A stretch of 64,000 bases of DNA, taken from Podarcis muralis. Lineage: Eukaryota. This document shows positions 29,112 through 41,493 of this stretch, one piece after another. Positions within the stretch are counted from its first letter, which is position 1, and every line of letters begins with the position of its first letter. A model generated the notes under the pieces. The model did no database searches. It had not been told where the DNA came from and worked only from the letters and a program-made list of their open reading frames with translations. The stretch lies in contig NC_135656.1 of assembly GCF_964188315.1 (NCBI RefSeq), positions 28,644,001-28,708,000 of the forward strand, written 5' to 3'. Position numbers and translations under genes: made by a program.

Positions 29112-29450
29112 AACCAGACCATGGCCTTGCCCTCCCTCCTATCCGAGAACTCTCATTCCAGACTTGCAGCCCCTGGTGCTTGAGCTGCAAGCTCACTTTT
29201 ATAATTCCATGCCGAGTTCTAAAAGAGGGGCCTGTGCCCCATCACTTAGTCTTTAAGTTCCAACCCCACCCTGGAGTGGGAGATGGAATGCAGAAGTGAT
29301 GTGCTCCTGTGACCTTCCTTTCTCCTGCCTCCTGCTCCTTCGCTTCCTGCCCCTGCTCGTGTCGCCAGGAGAAAAGATGCCAGCCCTTGGGGAAGTCCTG
29401 CCAGAAGGTGATAGCTAATCTTACCTTTTCCGTTCTTCTTTTCCTGCAAG

Positions 29451-29556
29451 CTGGCGCGGCACGGCCTGTGCATGTCATTGACCTGGATGCCGAAGAGGAA
29501 CGGAGCCGGCTGTGTGAGGAGCGCCTGGGGCTTGCTGGGAGAGATCTCTTGATCCA
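29451..29556 (+). CDS. BAHCC1: BAHCC1 exon (AGAARPVHVIDLDAEEERSRLCEERLGLAGRDLLIQ)
   Basis: Polypyrimidine tract then aag| acceptor, donor CA|gtaagg. 106 nt, phase 1-2. Confidence 0.92.
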
Positions 29557-30752
29557 GTAAGGGCGATTTGTGGTGCTTTATGGTTAGGCTGGAGAGGCTT
29601 TCAGAAGGCCCACCTGCATCTTGGAAGCACAGTTGTTGCTGCTGGCTGCCTTACATCTGAGGGCAGGAACTATCAACTTTGTATTGATCTCTAAGCCACT
29701 CTGGGCTGGCACCAGGCTTGAGTGGGTCCTGTTAGTAGTAGGCCCTTACCTTGCACCAACATGGGCCCCTGTCTAGGTCAAATGTTGCCAGTTCCCCTTC
29801 AGAGTCCCTGCTGCTGCTGCTGGCACTTTCCTTTACCTCCTCCCAGCAGAGGTCTTTATTGGTAGCGGTGCATATTACACTTCCCGGGAGTGAGAGGCGA
29901 GCACTGGCTTGGCGTTCTTCTGTGGCGGCGGCTGCCACATTGCATTTCCCAAAATGCAGTGCCTGCTGCCAAGCGTTGCATCTTGGGAAATAAATCATGG
30001 TGGTCTCTCTTCCACAGAACGAAACAGAGCCAGTGCTTGCCTCCTGTAACAAGCAGAACTGTCTGCCACCATCAAATAACGAAACAAGCACCACTCCCAA
30101 TAAACAGGGAGAAGGCAGTGAGGTGAGTTACGGAAATTGCAACAGCAAGTATAATACGATCTCAACTCATTTCTGATGTTGGCGGGTACTTCTGAGCCCC
30201 TGGGTCTTCAGCAGGTGCCTGACTGCGGCGACCTCTGTCACCGGCCTTGGGTCCCTTTTTGGGGCAAAAAATTGGTTTAAATATGTATGGTATCTCCCAT
30301 CAATTGGTATCAAAGCTGGGGAAGGGAGTGCAGTGGGTTTTGCATACAGTGCTCTTAATGCTGGACCCATGATGAGCCTGTTCATGTGATAGCTGGGCTT
30401 CTGGTTACTCCAGGAGCCTGACAGTGCCTGACCTTTAGACCTGGAGGCTACAGAATGACCATTACAGGCAAACCACCACCCCCACCCCGGTCCTTTGCGT
30501 GTATTCAACATGTGCACGACTGCACACGCATTGCACCGAATCTGAAAGGGTCCCGAAAATGTCACAAAAGGGGCAGAACAGGGTGTTTGCGGGCTTTTTC
30601 AGATGTATTGCAGAACAGAACCCCCGTACAAATTTGGAGAGGGGGGCATTGCCTGTACATTACATGACAGCCCACATTGTGTAGTCCCTTTACAGGCCTG
30701 GACGATCCTGACCTGTTGCAGCTGACCTACCTTTGTCCCGTCTGATTTTTGA

Positions 30753-31058
<306 letters not shown>

Positions 31059-31690
31059 TGAACTCACTTCATGCCTGATCTACAGTTTTCTACTCTGTTC
31101 TCCTGGCAGTTTCAGTTTCCTTCTGTGCTTTCCTGCTGCCCCGTCCCTTGGCGTTGCTTTTAGTCTCTGGATTGCTATTGTCCCGTTATTTGCGACCCCC
31201 TGTTCTGCCTGTTTCCTGCCCGTTTTTTTAACTGGTTATTGCGTAAGCCTCACCGTAACCTTTAGCCCTAATTGCTTTCGAGAGCCTAAGGCTTAGTGAC
31301 ATTTAGGACCACTTCATATGCTTAAAAAATTCTTGCCTCAAGAAAGAGTCATCTGTACATGCAGCAAAAACACCTGCGTATACATACGATTTTCCATCTA
31401 GAATTTTACACGGGCAAAACTAGATTATTGCCTGTCCTATGACTCAACCCTCAGAGGTATTGCAGACCTGGGAGACTGCCTTCCCGGGGTCACAGCTGAT
31501 TGTCAGGTAGAGATAGGTGGAGGGGATTCTCCTAGATCTCGTAAGGACTGTGTGATACATGATGATCTTCCTAAGTGGATATTATCTGCGTGGTACATAC
31601 GTGACCTGCTCCCTGCCTCTTGCGGTGGGTTTTCGTTTGTCTGCATATGCCCATGTGACGAGAAGCTGAACGCTTCTTGGCCTACCCTGA

Positions 31691-31981
<291 letters not shown>

Positions 31982-32152
31982 TAGCAGCCAGGCACTAATT
32001 GGCTGGCACATCCCACCACTGCTGCTGGATAGTAGCTGGGATGGGGTACACGGGAGCTGCCCCTCTGATGAGAGGAGATGGGTGTGGCTCTCTAATTCAG
32101 GGATCAGGGAGGCACCTCCGTACTCTCTGGCTTTGTTTACCTCTCTGATTAA

Positions 32153-32506
<354 letters not shown>

Positions 32507-32743
32507 TAATCTGAGGTCGGGGGGGACGGGACACCAAGGAATCATCGAATATTCTCTCTGCATGAAAGTCTGGGCCACCCATGCAGCTGCTTTGCAAAAG
32601 CTCAGCCCCTACGGTCCAGGCTGACACACATTAACACACACGAAGCAAATGCATTGCAGAAAGGTGACTGTGCAGCTACAGACGACTCACCCACTAAGTA
32701 ACCCACCATGCTTCAAGGGAAAGGAAATGTGCGCGCGCACACA

Positions 32744-32794
<51 letters not shown>

Positions 32795-33776
32795 TTCTCC
32801 AGCCAATCTGATCTGATGAGAAATCCCTCACTGGCTCAAAATACGGTGCTTGGCCAGATTCTGAGTGAGCGTAAGAATTTATCTCCTGAGTCATCTCAAA
32901 GAAAGTTCTACTGGCTGCAGAGCTACGGTCGTCAACATCCTGCTTCTCGCTGCATGGTGGTGATAGACGCCAGTATCCTATGTGGAAGAACAGCACTCTT
33001 CCTGAGGGTGACGATCGGGGCTTGTGTGTGTGTTGTGAGTCTGAGCAAGCACCGCAAAAAGCAAATAATAATTATGTTTGGCCTGAGGATCAACCTTCTC
33101 TGAAGCTCAGCTCCCCAAATATAGTTGCAAAGATGTGCTTGGAAAAGTGTGGGATTGATGCCTGTAGACATCTTGGAAACCAGAGGGGTGTGCCTGGATG
33201 AAAAACCCCAACAGTCAAGAGGATGGGGTTTCTGCCCCCTGCATAGGTTATTGCCTCCTGCTGCCTCAACCAGCAGAAGATAGATAAAATGATCCCTGTT
33301 TCCATAACTTCATCTAGGTTGCAGTATTTTGCTTTTTGCTGGTACGGAATCTGAGTTGCTTTGGCTCAGAATCCTGATTTATTTACTTGGAAGCACACAC
33401 AGCTCACATCTGCTAGAGTGGCACAGAGCACTAAAATAGGAAACCCAAAATAACCTTCATCGGAAGTGTATCCAGGTTTTCCTTGAACCCATTGTTCCCG
33501 ACTGAGAAGGGGACACAATCGAAATAAACGGCTACCGATTCAACCCGAGTATAGGATCAGGACTGGGGTGAGGAACCAGAGTTGGTGGGCTGATAAGGAC
33601 GTATCAACAGGAAGTGATGTGGAACCAGACGTGTTTAGGATTGCAAAGCACTGGGGACAAATGCAAGTCTTAAGATGCATATACTGACTGTATTGCCGTT
33701 GGGTTAATTGCCCTTTTGTGAGGTTGGTTGCGTGGGGTTCAGGCACTCGCTGACCCGTCCATCTCTCTCCTTGTAG

Positions 33777-34092
33777 CGGAAGCCCGAAGAGCCGCCCCCT
33801 GAGCTGGAGATGCCAGGCCCCGAGAAGCCACTCAAACCATCCCACAAAGCTGTTGCCTTAAACGCTCCCCCGAAGGGCCTGTCGCCAGCAGCTGCCTGCT
33901 CAGCCAAGCTCTCCCCGTGTTGCCACCCGCCCAAATGCCCTGCCCCCTGCACTTTACCTGTCTGCCCTGCTGTGGTGCCACGCTCGCCTGCTGTCAGTCC
34001 GGTGCCCTCGCAGAGCTCCACTGGCCCGGAGGCCGAGGACAAGCAGCCTGAAGGGAGGCCAGCCCAGGACTATCCCAAATCACTGGAACCAG
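33777..34092 (+). CDS. BAHCC1: BAHCC1 exon (RKPEEPPPELEMPGPEKPLKPSHK...PKSLEP)
   Basis: ttgtag|CGG acceptor, G|gtaggg donor. 316 nt, phase 0-1. Confidence 0.92.
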
Positions 34093-34397
34093 GTAGGGAT
34101 TCGTGGCAGGCTATGCATGGAAGGGGGCGTCGGGAAGAGACACAGTATATTTGTGCACTGCTTGCACCCAATATCAACCACAGGGCTGGTTACTAGTCCA
34201 TGGCATGGACTCCCTCTCCCTGTAGTAAGTGTCTTGATCTGTGCCCTGCTGGGCATAGGCATCAGCATGTAGTTCGGAGTGCAGTTATTTTACGCAGGCT
34301 TTAGCCAACACATTCAAAGTTTTCAATCATCATTGTTGTGCAGAAAGGTTTGGAAAGGGTGCACTTAAAGGCCCAGGAACCGGATGGGCTTCTAGAA

Positions 34398-34427
34398 CAG
34401 GGTTTCTCAAACTTGGGTCTCCAGCTG

Positions 34428-34466
<39 letters not shown>

Positions 34467-34572
34467 GGGGGGGGGGGACTACAGTTCCCATCATCCCTGA
34501 CCACTGGTCCTGCTACTTAGGGATGATGGGAGTTGTAGTCCAAAAACAGCTGGAGACCCAAGTTTGGGAAAC
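34398..34572. mobile_element. hAT-type MITE family C with internal (TG)n
   Basis: cagggtttctcaaacttgggtctccagctg...cagctggagacccaagtttgggaaac. Right terminus degraded. Confidence 0.85.
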
Positions 34573-34861
34573 AATCAGTGAAGGATTTTCCACTGTTGAG
34601 GATCAGAACCTGATCAGCCCCTCTTGGTCCCTGTTCATGCTTTCCCCCCTCTCTTCCCCCTTCCTACAGGCACGGTACCACAAAAGTCTGAACGCCATTC
34701 TTCCTAGGTAATTTGTAGAAAGCTCAATGCTGCCAGAAAATAAATAAACAGCAAGGGAGTATGTTCCATTAGCATAACTTACTGCAGTCACAGAAGTTGT
34801 GAGAATGGACCAGCCTTCTCTTAGGAAGGGTGCAGGATATGAGGTCAGGCTCATCTGAGTT

Positions 34862-34864
34862 ATC

Positions 34865-34920
<56 letters not shown>

Positions 34921-35430
34921 TTATTACGGTCGGAGACCAGCTTATAAAACACACTTGGGGGTACAATCCCAGAAGGAAAACAAACATTTAAAACAATGTA
35001 CAACAATAAATTTAAAATTTATAAATGCAATAAGCGTACAGACACTTAAAACTTTAAGATAAGCTACCGCACAGAGATGACCCAGAGTCACCCAGTTTGG
35101 GGATTTTCTTAACAAACTAGTTTGGTCGGAGGATGGTCTGAGCCTACAGATCTGTACACAGAATCTGGTGACCATCCGGGTCATCTTATGATCTTTGCCT
35201 AACAGGAGAAGGTCAAATTTTTGCTTTTCCGGGAGGTCAGCGAGCCTCACCGGCAGGGGATCAATGGTCTCACTACGTGCCTCTTCATAAAAGGGACATC
35301 TAAAGAACAAGAGCTCTGGGCTTCCTATCTCCCCCAATGAACAGGCGCCGAGTCTCTGAGCATATGGGATTTTTAAAAGGATCCTTCCAGGACCGGCGAG
35401 GGCAGAGCTGAGCTTTGAGTTCTCCTGAGT
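34862..35430 (-). mobile_element. 5'-truncated non-LTR retrotransposon: ORF2 C-terminus with degenerate zinc knuckle, 3' UTR and (TATC)n tail
   Basis: Minus translation ALPSPVLEG / KIPYAQRLGACSLGEIGSPELLFFRCPFYEEARSETIDPL..., with a frameshift. Ends ggtctccgaccgtaataaa then (TATC)n. Clade not assigned. Confidence 0.7.
34866..34918. repeat. (GATA)n microsatellite (tail of the adjacent LINE fragment)
   Basis: Direct reading. Confidence 0.95.
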
Positions 35431-35528
35431 TTTGGTTTGGAGAGTCCCAAGCTGACCTTGTACCCCCCGCTCTTGTGTGTGTGCCATAGCTTATCTTGGT
35501 GCTCTTTCCTTGTTCTTTCTTCCTCTAG

Positions 35529-36221
35529 ATCTTCCCCCTGGTTACTCCTACCCTGTGGCTGGCCTGGGCTATGCATCACCTTTACCCCTGGACCCAGCTG
35601 ATCCTGACACTATGCAAACGGTTTCCACGGCAGCTGAGCCCGAACAGTCGCGCACCTTCCCACTGGAGCAGGAGCCACAATGCGAGTCGGAAGCTCGCCC
35701 ATCCAGTGGGGCTGGGGACCCCGAAGTGGATTCCTCCCACCCTCCCCCTCCCCACCTCCTTGTGCACCCCCAGAGGCCGAGCTCCACGGAACTGGCCAAG
35801 GAGACGCCGTGTTGCCCCCTGCTGGTCGGGGACAGCCCAGATGGCTTGGACTCTGCCCCGAAGGAATGCCAGGAGGAGCCTAGGCCGGAAGCTGCTGTGC
35901 CAGGGGCTTCACCGGAGGTGATGGCTGTGGAGGACAGCCCAGTCGCAGCACTGGAAGATGAATGCCAGGAAGACGAGAGCGATGCCAGCTCACCAGATGA
36001 CCTGTCGACGCATGCTGAGGTGCAGGTGGCCCCGTGCGGCCTGGACGCCCTCATTGCTGCCAGCATCGATCTGGGCGAGCTCCCAGCCTTGGAATCTCCA
36101 CCTCCTGCAGATTCCCTTCCCCTGCCCTCGCCATGCAGCTCAGGGATTCCTGGCATTGCCCTGCTCAGTGAGCTGGCAGAACTGGAACTCCGTCGCCAGC
36201 AGTGTGATACTGCCGCCCATG
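35529..36221 (+). CDS. BAHCC1: BAHCC1 exon (DLPPGYSYP...GLDALIAASIDLG...GIALLSELAELE...AAH)
   Basis: ctctag|AT acceptor, G|gtaagg donor. 693 nt, phase 1-1. Lies within ORF 35477..36385. Confidence 0.93.
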
Positions 36222-37208
36222 GTAAGGAACGCAGGGGCTATCTTTCCTCTCTCCCTCCCTCTCGTCACTGTTTTGTCCCTTCCCTCTCACGGAGGCCAGT
36301 GACCAGCAAGCAAGCAAGGGGACTGGGAAGAGGAATCTGTATTTGTCTGGGTGACTTGCCCACTCATTTTGTTCATGGTAGCTAAGCGCTGCTTACTTCT
36401 TTGGTTCAGGAGGGCAGCCTGCCAAGAGTCAGAGACGGGGCTAAATTTCCATTGTCGTTAGAGGAATGAGAAACTTCTTTCCTATACGCCAGGGATGGGG
36501 AACCAGTGGCCCTGCAGATGTTGCCAGACTCCCATCACTCCTGACCATTGGCCTTCTTGGCTGGAGCTGATGGGAACTGGAGTCTGTCAACATCTGGAGG
36601 GTCAGTTCCCCGCCCTATCCTTGCTATGGACAGCCCTGCCTCCTGCCTGGACAGCAAGGAGTTGACCGCCACTCCCCTGCATGTTGTAGGAGCTTGGGAT
36701 GCGAAGGAAGGATGACAGCCCACTGGAGACTGAAAGGTTGTTCATGATGGGAACATTATCTTGGGACTGGAACCAGAAGTTCTGGATTTTTTTCCCAGAC
36801 CTTGGTCTTGTCAAGTTTGTACCTTTGAGACTGTAGAATTTGCATCCATGCCAGGGCCTGCTCCCTTGATATCTTCCATTAGCTCTCCAGTGTTGGCACT
36901 GAACGATTAAGCAGCCAAAGGGCAAATGCACATCACTCTCATGTGCGATCTCCCATTGAACTGCTCAAACAGCCTGTCCACAACTGTAGCCTTTCAGCGT
37001 TCTCCACTAGCTTGCCAGCAGGGCCCCCATTATTTGCCCCACATTGCTTCCGCACCAGGCATACTGCTGGTTAAGAGAGTTGCTCTGCTTCTTCCTGCCT
37101 TAAACCCCTCCGTGAGAGCCATGCTGGAAGCTACTTGCTGCTCACCTCCCCATCCTCACAGGAATATTTGTTTAATCAATATACAGTATAGATAAGATTC
37201 CTCTAAAT

Positions 37209-37458
37209 CAGGGTTTCCCAAACTTGGGTCTCCAGCATAGAAGGCAACTTTCCCCTTTTTTAAAGGAAAATTCCCTTATTCTGAATAGCACTCCTCACAA
37301 GAAAAGGGAAAAGTTGACAGCTATGGTCTCCAGCTGTTGTTGGACTACAACTCCCATCATCCCTGTCTAGCAGAACCAGTGGTCAGGGATGATGGGAATT
37401 GTAGTTAAAAAACAACAACCAAAAAACCGAGCTGAAGGCCCAAGTTTGGGAAACCCTG
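37209..37458. mobile_element. hAT-type MITE family C (host of a nested insert)
   Basis: cagggtttcccaaacttggg...caagtttgggaaaccctg. TSD ctctaaat/ctctagat (7/8). Confidence 0.88.
37236..37325. mobile_element. Nested 90-bp hAT-type MITE family D
   Basis: catagaaggcaacttt...aaagttgacagctatg with a perfect 8-bp TSD gtctccag (37228-37235 and 37326-37333). Confidence 0.85.
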
Positions 37459-39639
37459 CTCTAGATAGAAAACCTCTAAGCAGTTTACAAAGTAAAAGCC
37501 ACGAAACCACAAAGCTAAAAATAACAAACAAACCATACTGCGGCTATCAGAATAAAAATGTAGAGTCAAAATACGAAGCCATGTAATCGAACCATTGTGA
37601 CAGTCAGTATCTAGTGAACTAAAAGATGACACCTGGTTGAAATGGGTGCAGAACAGAACTGCAGGATCCACTTTGATCAGGAGCTTCTGCCTCCCCCGTA
37701 CTAACCCCACCACTTCCTTCACATAGATAAGTGGTGCTGTCCCTAAGAACCCTGCAGGGCTCTTCCTAACAGCCCTGTAGGCCTTTGTATGTCCAAGTTA
37801 AAGGATCCCCTCCTGACCTTAAGACCCTCCTCGGGTTTGCAGAACAGTATCTGCACACGCTCAGATCACCAGTAGAACTGTACCCTATTTTTGGTCCCTC
37901 GTAGGCCATGATATCCTTATGCAGTGCCTTTGGAGTTACGTGATCTGCAACCCAGGCAGGAAACTTGGACGGCTCTGGGGATCTGGAAGCTGAGAACCAT
38001 GGCGAAAACCCCCCAGAGTTTGAGCAGCAGTTGCCTTCCTAGGCTTCTGCTCTAGGTGCACTCTTTTATGAAGTACGGACTCTGCATGTCAGGATGCCTT
38101 GAAGCATGCTGGTGCCTAGCTAGGGAAAACGGTGTCTTTCATAATTGCCGCCGTAAAGAAGAGCTAATCGTTAGAGGTTGCTTATTCCTGGCCCGTGGGG
38201 AATGGAGTGATTTCCCCCCCCTAGAGGCATGGAGTCTGGAGTCCTGCCAAACTGCGGAGTGAAGTCAGGGGTCAGGCAGCACATTGGGGGCTTGCCTAGC
38301 CGGCGCTAGGAGTAGCTCAACCTTTGATTTGAGCTCTCGGAAGAGGATATTAACCCCTTGTGAGTCTGGGAGGCAAGAGCCTTTGAGGCAGCCACTCTGT
38401 TGCATACAGAAAACAATTTAGGGAGGCTCGTCATCTAGTTTGGACCTTGAATTTGGGCACTGCAGAGACTTGGGATAGGCCCGTTATTATTATTATGAGG
38501 GTCCTTAAAAAATAGGAAAATACCTGTCTTATTCAACTGCATTAACCAGTGAACACCTTTCAGTGAGAAAGGGTTGCCTCCATATCACTTAGATGCTTCC
38601 TGTTTCAGAATCTCATCGCTCTTGAGAACTTTCTAGCGCTCTTGTTTGGCGGGGTGTTTTTTTTAAAAAAAAAATTCAGCAGAATGAAAATAGTGAAAGT
38701 CTTGCTTTTTTTAGTCTCTATCACCTTTCCGCTGCCGTTTTCAGCCTCCCGTTTTCCCACCTCCCCAGACGAGGGGGTCTGCACCAGCCCACATATGCAG
38801 ATGGTTATCACCCCCTGTGGCTAAGCAAAGTCTGCGCTTTTCATCTCTACGGCAAACGGTTACTGCTCACACACCGGAACCGTTCTTTGCCCACAGTGGA
38901 ACGGAAACCACATACAAGGACTCCCCTGCATGCCTCCTCACACATGTGTGCAGGCGCATTCACAGGCAGACATCCTTGTACACAAGCACAAAGCAAATTG
39001 ATGTACAGCAAAAACCTTATCTGCGACTCTCCGTCCCCCCCCCCCCCTTCCTCCATCTGCTCATCATCTCCAGGGACTTTTAAAATTTGTAGTTTGGAAC
39101 TACGTTACCCTTCCGATCAATCCCCTCTGGGCAAGTTTCTTCCCAAAAGCCTCCTCCCAAGTTTGATGCTATCTGAAGAGGCCCCTCTCCTTCCCCCAAG
39201 TTCAGACGGCTCTGGCTCCTGGCTGCTGCCCCCTCGGCTCAAATTGCCTTTTCTCTCCCCCCCCCCCCCGCCCCCCGAAGTATGTGGCATCCCAATAACA
39301 TCCCCTCTGCCTGGATGGATGTGTGGTATGTGCCTGAGATAAACACGACCATGTGCCTGATGTCTTTGAGTAGCAGGGTATGGAGAGCAGAGCGGGCAGA
39401 GGCAAGGCAACCTTTCCAGAGTGAGCATTGTGCCAGGCTAACCTCCCCCCCAAAAAACCCTTACCAGTGGGTGTGTCCGAGAAAGGAACAGAGCGGCAGT
39501 TCGCTCGGAAAAATAGGAAGACATGGCCAGTAGTAACAACAAGCCGGCACCCAGTCGCTACCCAAGGTTGCTTTGGGGGCAGAGAGGGGACAATGGTTTC
39601 AGGGTGGTGTGCCCCTTTTATGTGCCCGGAAACACCCAA

Positions 39640-39780
39640 TAGAATCATAGAGCTGCCAAGTTGGGAGGTCATGACCCAATGGTCATGCAGTTCAAAGTAG
39701 CTAAAGCATCCATGACAAATGGCTATCCAACCTCTGCTTACAAACCTCTCCAAGGAAGGAGAGTCCACAACCTCCTGGGG
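39640..39780 (-). mobile_element. CR1 3' fragment
   Basis: atagaatcatagag...ggctatccaacctctgcttacaaacctctccaaggaaggagagtccacaacc is typical of reverse-complemented CR1 3' ends. Confidence 0.6.
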
Positions 39781-39868
39781 GACCCAAGATCCGAAGACCC
39801 AAGGTGTATGATATCTTAATGTATGTCTCTTTCCCCTGTGGATGAGAATGGTTTTTCCACCACGGTAA

Positions 39869-40198
<330 letters not shown>

Positions 40199-40223
40199 TA
40201 ACAGGTGATGTCAATAAATTGAA

Positions 40224-40370
40224 AAGCATAAGAAGAGCCAGCTAGAACAGGCCAGTAGCCCACCTATTCTAGCACCTTGTTCTCATAGCAGCCAGTGGGA
40301 TGCCTATGGGAAGCCTGAAAGCAGAACGCCAGAGCGGTGGCACACTCTCCACTTGTGACCCCCTGCCTCT
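40224..40370 (-). mobile_element. CR1 3' fragment
   Basis: gcataagaagagccagctagaacaggccagtagcccacctattctagcacc, similar to the 12608 copy. Confidence 0.55.
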
Positions 40371-40575
40371 GACAGCAGAAGGAGAATAAACAGTGTTCCT
40401 TCCAGCTGCCCATCATTCCATCCTGGCACAGTTCTGGCCCTGGCTAGAACAAGTCAGCAGTCTGGTGTGTCTCTGAACCACACATGCCCTGTTCCTTTTA
40501 AATCTGCAGAACTCCTAGCCACTTTATCTGATGAGATCCCCCTCTTCTGCTGCTGAAACCTGTCAGCTGACATAG

Positions 40576-41040
<465 letters not shown>

Positions 41041-41247
41041 TGAGTGTCTTTGCCTTTTTTCAGCAGGTTTGCAGGGCAAGGTGCCCCAGAGAATGTGGGT
41101 AAGGCAACAAAGCATTGAGAAAGAGGCGAGGGTGTGAAAAAAACACCTGATCTTGGACCTGTCTGTTATGGCTCCTGCAGCCCAAGCAAGCAAATGGGTC
41201 TCTTGCATCGAGAGTTTCAAACTCCTCTTCAGCTTTGTAGACCATAG

Positions 41248-41493
<246 letters not shown>

